Source of the DNA: Chrysemys picta bellii
Taxonomy: Eukaryota
Length of the DNA stretch: 64,000 nt
Direction: 5' to 3'
Assembly: GCF_011386835.1 (NCBI RefSeq)
Contig: NC_088791.1
Coordinates: 349,928,001-349,992,000 of the forward strand
The translations under genes and the position numbers were made by a program. A model generated the notes under the pieces. It ran no database searches. It saw only the letters and a list, made by a program, of their open reading frames with translations, and was not told the DNA's origin. This document shows, piece after piece, positions 23,276 to 36,517 of the stretch (its first letter is position 1; the number at the start of each line of letters is the position of its first letter).

Positions 23276-24347
23276 GTCCCAATCCTGCCAGGGGCTGAGC
23301 GAGATGGGACCCCACGGAATATCAGTGACTAGTTCACAAATCGCCTCAGGTATATTTGCTGCTGGAAATTTAGTCAGCAAATACATTTTCAAAGGTTTTA
23401 TTCTCTGGCTTGATTGTGAACACAGAATTCAGAGCTGCGTTGCTCTATAGTAAGAGGTCTGATAGGGCGTATTTCTTTTTCCTGACTGGCTGAGGGCTCC
23501 AACATTAATGTCCTGTAGATACTCCTCAGAACTACTGGCATCTCTGCCCCCTCTCTGGTCTCCGAGTGCCAGATGTCAGGCCTCAGACACTGCCCTCTCA
23601 TGGGGTGGAATCCTGCAGTCCTCCCGCCCTCAGGCTGGGCCCTGGGCTACAGCACACTGCGGGTTGACCGGGCTTGCCCAGCAAGTCCAAATGCGTTCGG
23701 CACCTGTGGTTCTTCCCTTTGGGAGTCTGTGAGTAGTGGTGAGACGAGTGACCAGTCAGCCTTCTGGAACCAAACTACTGTTTAATCTGAACAGAAGGAA
23801 GAAAGTGTAACATGGGAGAATAAGAGGGTTTTCAAACAACAGTTTGTACACGTCCCTGAGTCCAAGCCCTCCCACTCTGAGGGGGACCCAGGCAGGCGAA
23901 GGGCATTCAGACTTCCCCAGCGGTGTCTGTGCCTGTCAGTCTGAAGAGCTTCTGAGCAACAGCTGCCCCAGCTCTGGACAGACTCCCAGCACTGGCAAAA
24001 CAAGCTGTGTAACGTGGCTGGAGCCCAGAAATAGGCTCTTCCCAGCTTGTAGCTCCGGTGTTGTCTCTCAACCTCCCTGGGGTGCTGACTGAGCGATGGC
24101 TTTTCTTGAGCTGTTGCTTCTCTTCCTGCTTCTTTTTTAGCAGCCTGGTGTTAAACTAAGATGAGCCGTACTGGTTTCTCCCAATATAGGTATAGCATAA
24201 ACACCAATACTTAACCCAATAAAGCTCTACAGCAACCATCCCAAGCACTGTGTTTAACTCACACATTCAGTATTGCAGCTCAGCTCCATGTCTGTCCCAA
24301 TGCCGTTCCTGTGATCCACATTTTATGAATACAGAACATAGGCAGCC

Positions 24348-24378
<31 letters not shown>

Positions 24379-26394
24379 AATAAACCACTTTCATGTGTGA
24401 AATGAGGTTCCATTTCCATGAATACTCATGCATTTGACTTTGAAAGCCACTTCCTGCAAACCCTCAGCGTGCCTGAATAACAGGTGCTGGGGTCACTGTG
24501 TACCGGAGAGTGAGAGCTCAGGGAATGAATATTTCATATATCGATCCCAATGGCGGTCACTACTTTGGATACCGGCTACAGACGGACAGAACAGAACCTG
24601 AGGAGAACCAGTCAGCTATTAAACCAGGGACAGAGGAACTACTAGACTTTTGTTTGCTGACAAGCGACTGAATGAGGGCTGAGACGCTGCGATCTTTTCA
24701 GGTTCTGAAAAAATCCAGATGACATGAACTAGGTTTTAAGTCCCACTCTAAGCTGAGAACTCATCTCTGAAAGAAGATCAGAGGGCAAAGAATGGGTTGA
24801 CATGTGTGTAGTAAAGTACAGATATGCAAATTGAATGCCAAAACTTTTCATCATAATACAAATCAAAGGTTCATGACATGCATGTCTAGCCAAGCTAGCA
24901 GTAGAGTTGTTGGAATCTACTATAGGAAGGAGCATTGATAACAGTTCGTGGCCTTTGTTTTAGAATTACTCCAAATCCTGTTTGCGATGGGTTTGTGCTA
25001 TTAATTTTTTTGTTCAGTGAACCATTGTATGATACTGTCTCCTGGTAACTGACAAGAAGCTGTTTCTAACACTTACATTCAGGGTCCTGCTTTCATTCAC
25101 TCTCCAAGACTTGTGCAAGGCTTTCCAAAGAGTCCTGAGAGAACAGAACCGCTGGTCTGTGTTTCTGCAGAGTAGAGCTGAGGTGCAGCAAAGGGGAGTA
25201 TAATAGAGATTGAATATAATTTATGTCCATCAACTGTTACACACTCATGGCTGAAGTAAGTGGCACACTCAGCTGGATATCAGTGCACACCGAGTCTTTG
25301 CACTATTCACCCTTTGCGAAGCGAACCCTCCCCCCCAGCTGAAATAACTGTCAGGGTTAGCTTGTAACTTGCCTGATATCTACAGGCCTGCAGTTCCTGT
25401 GAGGATGAAAAGAAGCTTGTTGGATGACTGAGTTTTCTGGAATCAGCCAATGCTGACCAGGCAAAGCACTTCAGCTTCTCTTGGAGGGATTCTTGAGAGT
25501 CAGGGTGTATCACCGGGAGCATTTGGTAAGGGAAAGTTAATAGAGGTTGGTTCTGATTGAATTTACACATGTAAATCTGGAGTGATGCTGTTGAAGTCAC
25601 TGTTACTGAATTCAGAACCTGGCCCTGAGAATTGATCCCATGTGCTACAAAGAGGCAGTGGTAGAATTTCGACTGAGGAGTGAAGAAAGTAAAAAAAAAT
25701 GCATATAAAGAGGCAATGAAACACACTTATAAATCGCTTCAATGGAGGACAGATAATACAATGACCACTTTCACCCTGCACTTGCCATGTTTTTATGCAT
25801 GTCACAATACAATGGGCCACACTCAGAAGTGAAGGGCCAGAAAGGGTTTCTGTGTGAAAGTTACAACTCTAAAATCACAGTTATCAAATAGGGTGTGGAA
25901 TTCCCAGCCACAAGATATCAATGGGGATCAGAGCATGGCAGGATTCAAAGAGGGATTGGTGCTTATAGCGGTAATTGGAAAATCCAATTTCATTAGTGAG
26001 AATTTTTTTTTTGTCTTGGAAGGGCTCTAAACCCTCCTGATTTACACCATGAAATATGTCTAACTAGTGGGTTTCAGGGGGAAATTTTCCCTGGGAGCAG
26101 GTTATTCATAGCTGCCCATTGCAGGGTTTCTTCCACCTTCCTCTGAAGCTTCTGGAACTGGCCCCTGAATACTGAGCTAGATGGACTGCAGGTCTGATCC
26201 AGTCTGGCAGTGCCTATCTTCCTATCAATGGTGTAAATCCAAGACTATGTTTTTGATGATCTTCCTTGAGATCCTGGGAGTCTCTAGACTTGCACTCAGA
26301 GCAGAAAGATGTCTCATTAAATATCAGCTCGTCTCCTGTTCTTTTTCCTTTCAGGAAGGAATGTTGAAAACTCCTTGGACCTGCCCAGTACATC

Positions 26395-27330
26395 ATGTCA
26401 GCTGTCAATGACACCAAATTCCAATTTGAAGTTTTCCTTCTCACCGGAATACCTGGAAAGGAAGACGTCTATCTCTGGATCGCTATCCCCTTCTGCTTAG
26501 TGTATGTTATTTCAATAGTAGGAAATTCAGTCATTCTGTTCATTATAAAAACAGATCCAAGCCTCCATGACCCCATGTACATTTTACTTTCCATGTTGGC
26601 TGTCACAGACCTTGGCTTATCGATAACCACCATACCTACGATACTGGGCATATTCTTGTTCAACTCTAGGGAGATCAGCCTCGATGCCTGTTTTGCCCAG
26701 CTGTTCTTCATCCACTTGCTTCAAGGTATGGAATCCTCCTTCCTCTTGTTAATGGCCTTTGACCGATTCATTGCAATCTGTAACCCACTGAGATATGCTT
26801 CCATCTTAACTCCACCGAGGTTAGTCAAAATGGGACTGCTGTGTGTGCTAAGAGGGGTAGCCGTAGTATTACCACTCCCTTTTCTGCTGAAACGGTTCCA
26901 ATACTGTCGAGCCAACATCCTCTCCCATTCCTACTGTGTGCACCAGGAGGTCATGAAGCTGGCTTGTGCGGATATCACAGTCAACAATATCTATGGCTTG
27001 TCTACTGCACTCTTAACCATGGGCTTGGACTCGCTGCTCATCTTCCTCTCTTATATGATTATCCTCAAAACAGTGCTGAATGTTGCGTCCCATGAGGAGT
27101 GTCTCAGGGCCCTGAACACCTGTGTTTCCCACCTCTGTGCTGTCCTGCTCTTCTACATACCAGAGATCGGCTTGTCTGTGATACACAGATTTGGGAATAG
27201 CTCTTCTCACTTGCTTCAGTTTGTCCTGGGCTACTTCTATCTGCTGGTCCCACCCCTAATGAACCCCATCGTGTACAGTGTGAAAAGCAAACACCTTCGT
27301 GCGAGGATAATCAGGGTATTCATCAACTGA
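26395..27330 (+). CDS. Class I olfactory receptor, OR51-like (OR3)
   Basis: 311-aa intact ORF with the same OR motifs; differs from OR4 at 7 residues by manual comparison. Confidence 0.97.
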   Translation: MSAVNDTKFQFEVFLLTGIPGKEDVYLWIAIPFCLVYVISIVGNSVILFIIKTDPSLHDPMYILLSMLAVTDLGLSITTIPTILGIFLFNSREISLDACFAQLFFIHLLQGMESSFLLLMAFDRFIAICNPLRYASILTPPRLVKMGLLCVLRGVAVVLPLPFLLKRFQYCRANILSHSYCVHQEVMKLACADITVNNIYGLSTALLTMGLDSLLIFLSYMIILKTVLNVASHEECLRALNTCVSHLCAVLLFYIPEIGLSVIHRFGNSSSHLLQFVLGYFYLLVPPLMNPIVYSVKSKHLRARIIRVFIN

Positions 27331-28799
27331 AGGGTCAGTTCCTCACACTGCTCCCATACTAGTGACCTGAGAGTCGAAAAACACGGGCCACAGCCATCTG
27401 TTCCATCCTGGACCCTTACATCCGAGAAGACATGAGCTACTGATCTCCACTCTGTAGAGAGAGGTTCAGATGGTGTCTAAGACCCAGAGCAAGGGGAGAG
27501 GGGCTGGTGAGGGAGGAGAGTGCAGTCAGGGAAGGAAACCGAGGCAGGAAGCAGCATTTACAAAGTGACTGTATTCATGGAGAGCCAGGGGAGTGGTGCC
27601 CCTAAACAGCAGTATCGGTGGCTGCTCCGACCTCAGAATTCCTGTCGATACAGTCAGTAAAGAGAGGGGATGTAGATGTTGTTTCCCCTTACACATGTCC
27701 TGTCACTGTCCCGTCTCTGACTAATCATCCAAGGGCCATGACAAAAGCTGCAGAGTTGTTCTGCAGTCGCAGTCCTGGCCCTTCCTGAGCTCTCTGGGTG
27801 CTGTGTGATCCATGGAGCTGCACCAGCTGTGGACAGGGGCTATTCCAGGGGCACAGACACCCAGCCTTCCCCTACGCCCTCAGCCAGATTCTTGTGACTG
27901 AATTGTGTCAGAGATGATTAACACAAGAGCCACAGGAGAAGCCATTCAGGTATCCCCTCTCCCAATGATAGCTCTGCACACAGTACACCTGCTGAGCCCT
28001 CTTCCCACCGAGGCAGAGCAGAGCTACATGTGTGAGTGAGTGTCTCACACACAGGAGTCCTGGCAAGAGACTCAGGCCCAAATTCCCTCCATTTGTGCTG
28101 CCCCAGCTGCTTGGAAAGGGTGGAAACACACCTCAACTCCCTCAGAGAGGCACAGCTGGCTCCTCTCCCAGCCTAGCTCATGCAGTTTAGGGCGACCACA
28201 TTCTCAAAAGGTAAAAGCAGGATACATGAAGGAGTCCTGCCTCCCTGTGACCCTGCCCCTGCCCCTCTTCTTCCCCCTAAGGCTCCACCCACTCCTCCTC
28301 CTCTTCCTCTGAGGCCTTTGCCCCATCTTTCCCCCCACAAGGCTTCATGCTCTGCTCCTCCTCTTCTCCTTGAGGGACCACCTCCTGGTCTTCCTGAAAG
28401 CCGGAGCTAGGCTGTGTTAAGAGCCACCCAGGGATCCCGGCCTACCATGGGGAACCACGGACCCTCTATCTGCCGTGGGTGTGGGGGGAGGCAAGAAGAG
28501 GAGCAGGGGCCCAAAAACAGCCCCCATCCCATGACCCTGACTCCCCACAGGTACCAAAATGGAGTTTAGTGTCATGTGATCTGGTCACATGTCTTTGCAT
28601 TCCCTGCTGGGTCATAGCAGCCATTACCCATAGGCTGTCCCGAGCGTTCTCAGGAAGGCTCACCAGCTGGGGGATAAGCTTCTCATAGGGCCTATTATTT
28701 CCCCTAATGGCCCATTCCCAAGAATAGACCCTTCATAACCAGCTGTCTAGACTGTAAGTATTTTGCCTAGTGGGTGTCACCCAGGTGTAACTAGACAGA

Positions 28800-29004
28800 T
28801 TCATAGATTCTAGGACTGGAAGGGACCTCGTGAGGTCATCGAGTCCAGTCCCCTGCCCTCATGGCAGGACCAAATACTGTCTAGACCATCCCTGATAGAC
28901 ATTTATCTAACCTACTCTTAAATATCTCCAGAGATGGAGATTCCACAACCTCCCTAGGCAATTTATTCCAGTGTTTAACCACCCTGACAGTTAGGAACTT
29001 TTTC
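28800..29004 (-). mobile_element. CR1 3' fragment (paralog of 18001-18213)
   Basis: Same sequence and truncation point. Confidence 0.9.
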
Positions 29005-30006
29005 TTTTTCCTATACATAGTCAATATTCATAACCTCAGATGCAAAAAAACCCGCATATGCGTGGGATAATCATATTCTGCCAATCATAACTTTTCCATA
29101 GACCGCTCACAGGACACATTTTACATATAGAAAGCTCAGGATCTTCAAGAAGAGACAACTGCGTGGTAGCAGACTGGGGCGGGGGGGGACACTAGGCTGG
29201 AGTCACGGGGGCTAGGGAGGCTCTGTGATTGCCTGGGGGGGGGGCTCTTGGAAGCCATTACCACCAGATGGAGGTCATCCCAGCCCAGCCCTCAGGCTGC
29301 TGTAAACTCCACTGAGTCATGGGGAGAACAGGACAGCAAATCAAACCCCTGGAACTGGCTCCTTGCCATCCCCGCTCTCTGCAGCACAGAGGGGAGCTCT
29401 GCTGGCACAGCAGAGAATCCAGCCAGGCCTGTCACCGCTCAGATGGCTGGAATGCTGGGCCTGTGGTCTGGGCACGGCTCTGTGACTCAGGAGAGCTGGG
29501 TTTGATTCCCTGCCATCTGTGACCGTGGGTAATCCATAGGCTGTCTCTGCACCTCTGCACAGGTGGATAATAGCCCTACCCTGCCTCACAGCGGTGGCGG
29601 GAGGATAAATACATTCAAGATGCTCAGATACTCTATGACCCTTAGCTCAAGGCTATGGCCGGGTTCCACAGAGCAACACCCCTGACATTAATCTATCAAA
29701 GGCCTCTTACCACAGCCTCCTGTGACAGATGGCTTCTGGGAAGCTCCCTGAGTCCAGCCCCTTGGTGTCTGTGGCAGATGTGGGGGTGCTTGGGGGAGAC
29801 AGTGAGGGGTAAGTAGTGGATTTTTGAGGGGAGTGTTGCAGCGTGACAGGGACGGGTGTTTGTGAGCCATTGAGGCTGAATTGATCTAACTGCCGAGCAA
29901 TGGCCACAGGGGGTTCATCTTAGATGGTCTGGCTGGGAGGAAGGAGTCTGAGGGCAAAGGTCACTATGGTGACTGGGCCTAGGCTCACACAGGTTTCAGT
30001 AAAGGA

Positions 30007-31102
30007 TGTGCGATGGGCTTTGTCACAGAGATCCCCTTGGGACTGTCACCTGATGTGCTGAAATTATCTCTGATCTAGTTTTCCCTGCCAGCTTGGGACC
30101 TGCTCAGCAGGTTACCTGTCTCCAGTACCCAGATACCCAGTTCCCAATGGGATCCAAACCCCAAATAAATCCGTTTTACTCTGTATAATGCATATCTAGG
30201 GTAAATTAATAAGTTGTCTGACCCCTATAACACTAATAGAGAGATATGCACAGCTGTTTGCTTCCCCAGGTATTAATCACTTACTTTGGGATTATTAATA
30301 AACAAAACTGATTTTATTAAGTATAAAAAGTAAGATTTAAGTGGTTTCAAGTAATAATAGACAGAACAAAGTAAGTCACAAACAAAATGAAACAAATTCG
30401 CAAGGCTAAGCCTAATACATTAAGAAACTGATTACAGGTAATATCTCACCCTGAGAGATGTTCCAATAAGCTTACTTCACAGACTGGACTCTTTCCTAGT
30501 CTGGGCCCAATCCTTTCCCCTGGTACTGTCTTTGTTAGACCAGCAGACATCTCAGGTGATAAGCAGGGGTTTTCTCATGACTGGCAGCTCCCCCTTCCCC
30601 CCCCCGTTCTGCTCCACCTCCTTTTATAACTTTGGCACAAGGCGGGAATCCCCCGTCTCTCTGGGTACCCGCCCCTCATGCTAAATGGAAAAGTACCAGA
30701 TCTAAGATGGATTTCACCACCATGCAATACGGCCACATGTCTCCAAAACCTCCAGTCTCCACCTCCCACAGGCCAGCCCACACGCACACGGGAAGGCCCG
30801 CAGGCAAACAAACCATCCACCATCAACCGTCACAACCAATGGGAGCCATCAAGCCCCCTATGTCCCATTGACGGCCCCACACGCACCCGGTGGTACCACA
30901 ACAGTGACTCAAGTCCGCATCCTAGCTCCCCAAATCCAGACACAGAAACAACACATGCAAACAAACAGGATGAACACACCCAGCAGACCACAAGCTTTCC
31001 AATGACATCACACAAGTGACCTCTCGCATAAAGCACATGCCAGCCACATCACACTCACACTCACAAGCATACCTCCCCAAGCAAGTGGAGTGCAACGTCA
31101 CA
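30007..31102 (-). mobile_element. Solo LTR (paralog of 19306-20399)
   Basis: Same ends and flanks. Confidence 0.8.
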
Positions 31103-32145
31103 GGCTGCTTCCACAAGAAAGGGGCAAACCGATGGGAAGATGCTGTCAGGGACACAGGGAAACTAGGCTGGGTTCCAAGAGCTCCTTGGCTTCCCAAAAG
31201 AATGTAAGTTGGGCCAGTTCTGTTCCTCTATCTCCAGAGCAAAGCCTGTCGAACTTAGGTTGTTGTGATACATGAGATAAATGAATGTAGATGTGTGACA
31301 GCTGCCTGCTATATTAAAACCTTTTTCTCTGATGCTTTCTGCTATTTGCTAATAAACCTATTAGTTTTAAGGAAGCTGGGGGTGACTCTATAGCTCTGGT
31401 CACATACCCCGAATGGAAGAGACTGAGGTTTCCAGACGGGCATTCTTGGCGATTAGCATTTAGCGCAGTTGGGATTGTGTTCCCAACTCGAAGAGTGGGA
31501 GAATTGTGAGACTCGCCCAAAGACAGGAAAGAACCTTGTTTAGAGGATAAAGACACCATATATCCTGGTTTTACTGTGGCAATAGAGACAATGGAGACTC
31601 CCGCATGCATCCATAGGATGGTGAGTGTGGGAGGCTGATAGGGACCTTATGCTGCCACCTACATGTGTGGTCCTGTAGCACAAAGGAGAGAGGCTCATGC
31701 TTTGGGGGTAGGGTGACCATACATTACTTTTTGGCTGAGGCAGTCCATTTTTAAGCCCTGTCCCAGCCATCCCAATTATTTTTTTTGGCAAAAGGAGGCA
31801 TTTGTATTGTTTGCTCTTGCTGACTTGATCAGTTGGCAACAGCCAATGGGACAAATGCCCACTTCTGCCAATAAAGTGGGGCAGTGGGGAGCGAAGGAAT
31901 GTTTCCTTTTCACCCATTTTTTGAGGTAAATTTTGATAGAAAACAGATCATTTTTCTCTGAAAGCTCAGCTGCCATGATGCTGCCCAGCTGCAGCTGCCT
32001 GGATCCCCAGGAGAAACTGAAGGCTTTTCATCTGCCTCGTCTTCATAACATTAATGAAGTTTGCACTGACCGAGTCTATGGCGGCACTCTGGGTATGGAA
32101 ATGTCAAAACCTCCCGACCAGTCTATGGCTGGGGCATTGTGCCCA

Positions 32146-32627
32146 TCATAGAATCATGAAGATTAGGGTTGGAAGACACTTCAGGAGGTCATCTAGTCCA
32201 GCCCGTGCTCAAAGGAGGACCAACACCAACTAAATAATCCCAGCCAGTGGTTTGTCAAGCCGGGCCTTAAAAACCTCCAAGGATGGAGATTCCACCAGCT
32301 CCCTAGGTAACCCATTCCAGTGCTTCACCACCCTCCTAGTGAAATAGTGTTTCCTAATATCCAATCTAGACCTCCCCCACTGCAACTTGAGACCATTGCT
32401 TCTTGCTCTGTCATCTGCCACCACTGAGAACAGCCGAGCTCCATACACTTTGGAACCCCTCTTCAGGTAGTTGAAAGTTGCTATCAAATCCCCCCTCACT
32501 CTTCTCTTCTGCAAACTAAATAAGACCAGTTTCCTCAGCCTCTCCTCATAAGTCATGTGCCCCAGCCCACTAATCATTTTCATTGCCCTCTGCTGGACTG
32601 TCTCCAATTTATCCACAACCTTTCTGT
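32146..32627 (-). mobile_element. CR1 3' fragment (paralog of 21453-21934)
   Basis: Near-identical minus ORF 32230-32673 and the same truncation point. Confidence 0.93.
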
Positions 32628-33072
32628 GGTGGGTGTTGTCAGACATCACTGATGAGGTGCTCTGCTCTGTCAAATGTGGAGGCCCAGAGATTGTGGGTGG
32701 GTGAGAGTAGCTACCAGTGGATCACTGATATCTGTGTCTCACTTTGGAGATCCCTGGATCCAGGGTCCCCCTTTTCAATCCTCATGGAGAAGGAAAGGGA
32801 CTTCCCCTCCTGGAATGATCTGAAGGAAATTTCCATGTAGGGAGCCTTGTGGAATCTCCCTTCACTTCCCTGGCCTGCACTCTGAGTTTGTAATGTAGGA
32901 CGGGGGCTGCTGGTGAGAAATCAGGTCCTATATTATTATTATTGTTTTATGTTATGTTTATTTCAGCAAGATCACAGCTGTGACAGCATCATCGTTACCA
33001 CTCGGCTGCACCCAAGGTAGCCCTGTGACTAATCGGAATCATACAAACAGTGATGACAAGCCTGGATTCAAT

Positions 33073-34507
33073 TGTAAGCAGAGTCAGGATGAGCTCTACC
33101 CTGACATCTGGTGGTGAATTATGGCGAGTGTGGAAAAGAACTCCAGGGGCTGATCTTGTTTGCATAGGCACACCCACTCGCCTGGCATGAAACCACAGCA
33201 ACTCAAAGTGGTTACTTTGGCTGGTGTGGGATCCCCAGTTTCTCTGTTATTGGGGCAGGAAGAATAAAGTTTTGTTACCCTGATTCTGTGAATCAAGGCC
33301 AGTGGAACTGTTGTATGACAGAAGGACTGAGTGAGTCATTCACCATTACCTAAGTAGGATTTGCTCGTCAAGGGGCATGGGTTACAAAACCCAGTGAATG
33401 GAGAGAGGATGGGGACAGGTATTTGTACCTGATGGTTTGGCTTTCTCCCTGAGGGGGTTGAAACACCAAGTGCACTACCTCCTCTCTCCACTGTTGAATG
33501 TCAGAGCTAACTTTGATTCCCTTAGGAGTCTAGTTACAGACTGCTGAGCTGAGTTCACTTTGGGCCAGTAGTGCACCAGCACTGGGGCTCCCCTACTACT
33601 AGCTGAAATCACTAAGAGCTGAAATCACAAAAGAGCTAAAGCTATTTAAGAGCTGAGATCACTGAGGCTGTGTTAACTAGTGGGGGAGCCTGAAGCTATA
33701 TTGCTAAGCTAACTTAGCTTAGCGGGGGTGAGCGGAGCGGAGCGGCTGGAGGAGCAGCTAGCAGAGCAGAGCCTTGTGGGAGCGGCCCAAGGGACGGCTG
33801 GAGTGGAGCGGAGCGGCTCACAGGTCGGTGAGCGGAGCGTAGCGGCGCGGCTCACAGGTCGCTGAGCGGAGCGGAGCAGCTGCCAGAGCAATTCGTGGGA
33901 CGGCAGGAGAGGGACTGCGGGTGGAGTGGAGCAGTTCGTGGTGAAGGCTGCGGTGGAACCCCACGGAGAAGCAGCCGGTTGGCCTCGGATCACATAAGGT
34001 GCCCCTTAACAACCTGCTCACCCCCCCCCCCTTTGAACTCTGGGGCTGCACTGATCATGGACAGAGACTTTGGGGGGTTGTTGGACTTTTGGGACTTTTG
34101 TGATTCTTGGGTTGCTGGACCCAAGAGACTTTGGGATTGGTGGACTTTTGGGACTTTGGTGATTCTTGGGTCGCTGGTTTCAAGAACCAACGGGAGAGGA
34201 CACGGCCCAATTTGCTGGGGTGGGTCTTCGCTCATGATTTGGTCTAAGAACTCTAGTTGTGGTGTTTTTCCAATTTAATGCTGATGTCGTTTACCTCATG
34301 TTATTAAACATTTTCTGTTACACTCAGACTCTGTGCTTGCGAGAGGGGAAGTATTGCCTCTTAGAGGCACCCAGGGGGTGGTATGTAATTGTCCCAGGTC
34401 ACTGGGTGGGGGCTCGAGCCGGTTTTGCATTGTGTTATTGAAATGGAACCCCTAGATACAGAACCTGGCCCTTGTTGCTGCCAACTTAGATGGGCAGAAG
34501 GGTTACA
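33073..34507 (+). mobile_element. Solo LTR (1435 bp), U4 only
   Basis: TGTAAG...GTTACA ends; 4-bp TSD CAAT at 33069-33072 and 34508-34511; empty site GGATTCAATTAATAGG at ~22371; internal GAGCG-rich array at ~33720-33960. Confidence 0.92.
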
Positions 34508-35139
34508 CAATTAATAGGACCTGCAGCAGGGCTGGCGCTGCATTCCGGTTGACTAGCATCACCCCACGTCCCCTGTGATTTGGCCTCCTGCAGTTTGCCA
34601 TTGGCTGTGACGGGGGCTAAAGCTGGTGTACAGTAAATCAAGCAGCTGAGATGCCCTGATGGCCAAGTGGCCCCCAAGGGAATGTGCAGCCATGCTTCAT
34701 AAAGACACTTGCCTCCCTGTCCGAACAGATACTGCCTGCTGCCTGTGCAACCTCTCCGATGACTCCCTGTTCTTTAGGGTGAAAAACTCTGGTGTCAGCG
34801 ACTCCGCTTCTAGCAGGAATTTGGTACGTTGGAAGGTTTCAGTATCTTTACAATGCAAAGTGATGTGTAAAGGCTGCAAACTGTTTCCATTTGCAGATGT
34901 TCTGTGCAGCGGCCGAGGACTCAGCTGGGCTGTCGGGGTGACTCAGTGACGGGCTGGAGGGCAGGCAGCGCTAGGTAGCTTGAGAACACCTCCCTTACAT
35001 CTGCTCATGCTGCGTGGTGGGTTGTTCAAGCTACATAGAAATCTGACATTCAAAGTAAGCTCAGAGTGTTAAAATCCTGATGCCCCGAATCAGGATTTTT
35101 CAAGGCGTCCCATTTCTGGAGGTGCCGTGTGCTCTGGGC

Positions 35140-35408
35140 TATACCAGGGGTTCTCAAAAGAACTAGATAAATTCATGGAGGATAGGTCCATCAATGGCTA
35201 TTAGCCAGGATGGGCAGGGATGATGTCCCTAGCCTCTGTTTGCCAGAAGCTGGGAATGAGTGACAGGGGATGGATCACTTGATGATTCCCTGCTCTGTTC
35301 ATTCCCTCTGGGGCAGGTGGCGTTGGCCAGTGTAAGAAGACAGGATACTGGGCTAGATGGACCTTTGGTCTGACCCAGTATTGCCATTCTTGTTTTTATG
35401 TTCTTATG
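35140..35408 (+). mobile_element. CR1 3' fragment (paralog of 12094-12355)
   Basis: Same sequence at the same insertion point. Confidence 0.9.
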
Positions 35409-36477
35409 GTCCCAATCCTGCCAGGGGCTGAGCGAGATGGGACCCCCGGAATATCAGTGACTAGTTCACAAATCGCCTCAGGTATATTTGCTGCTGGAAA
35501 TTTAGTCAACAAATACATTTTCAAAGGTTTTATTCTCTGGCTCGATTGTGAACACAGAATTCAGAGCTGCGTTGCTCTATAGTAAGAGGTCTGATAGGGC
35601 GTATTTCTTTTTCCTGACTGGCTGAGGGCTCCAACATTTCTGTCCTGTAGACACTCCTCAGAACTACTGGCATCTCTGCTCCCTCTCTGGTCTCCGAGTG
35701 CCAGATGTCAGGCCTCAGACACTGGCCTCTCATTGGGTGGAATCCTGCGGTCCTCCCGCCCTCAGGTTGGGCCCTGGGCTACAGCACACTGCGGGTTGAC
35801 TGGGCTTGCCCAACAGGTCCAAATGCGTTCGGCACCTGTGGTTCTTCCCTTTGGGAGTCTGTGAGTAGTGGTGAGACGAGTGACCAGCCAGCCTTCTGGA
35901 ACCAAAATACTGTTTAATCTGAACAGAACGAAGAAAGTGTAACATGGGAGAATAAGAGGGTTTTCAAACAACAGTTTGTACACGTCCCTGAGTCTAAGCC
36001 CTCCCACTCTGACGGGGACCTAGGCAGGCGAAGGGCATTCAGACTTCCCCAGCGGTGTCTGTGCCTGTCAGTCTGAAGAGCTTCTGAGCAACAGCTGCCC
36101 GACCTCTGGACAGACTCCCAGCACTGGCAAAACAAGCTGTGTAATGTGGCTGTAGCCCGGGAATAGGATCTTTCCAGCTTGTAGCTCCAGGGTTGTCTCT
36201 CCCTCCCTGGGGTGCTGACTGAGCGATGGCTTTTCTTGAGTTGTTGCTTCTCTTCCTGCTTCCTTTTTAGTAGCCTGGTGTTAAACTAAGATGAGCCGTA
36301 CTGGTTTCTCCCAATATAGGTATAGCATAAACATCCCAATACTTAACCCAATAAAGCTCTACAGCAACCATCCCAAGCACTGTGTTTAACTCACACATTC
36401 ATTATTGCAGCTCAGCTCCATGTCTGTCCCAATGCCATTCCTGTAATCCACATTTTATGAATACAGAACATAGGCAG

Positions 36478-36517
<40 letters not shown>

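Noticed and set aside
33709-34278. Several ORFs and a GAGCG-rich array that could be taken for a repeat-spacer system
   Set aside because: Internal to a solo LTR; degenerate simple repeats with no constant repeat plus unique spacers, so not CRISPR-like
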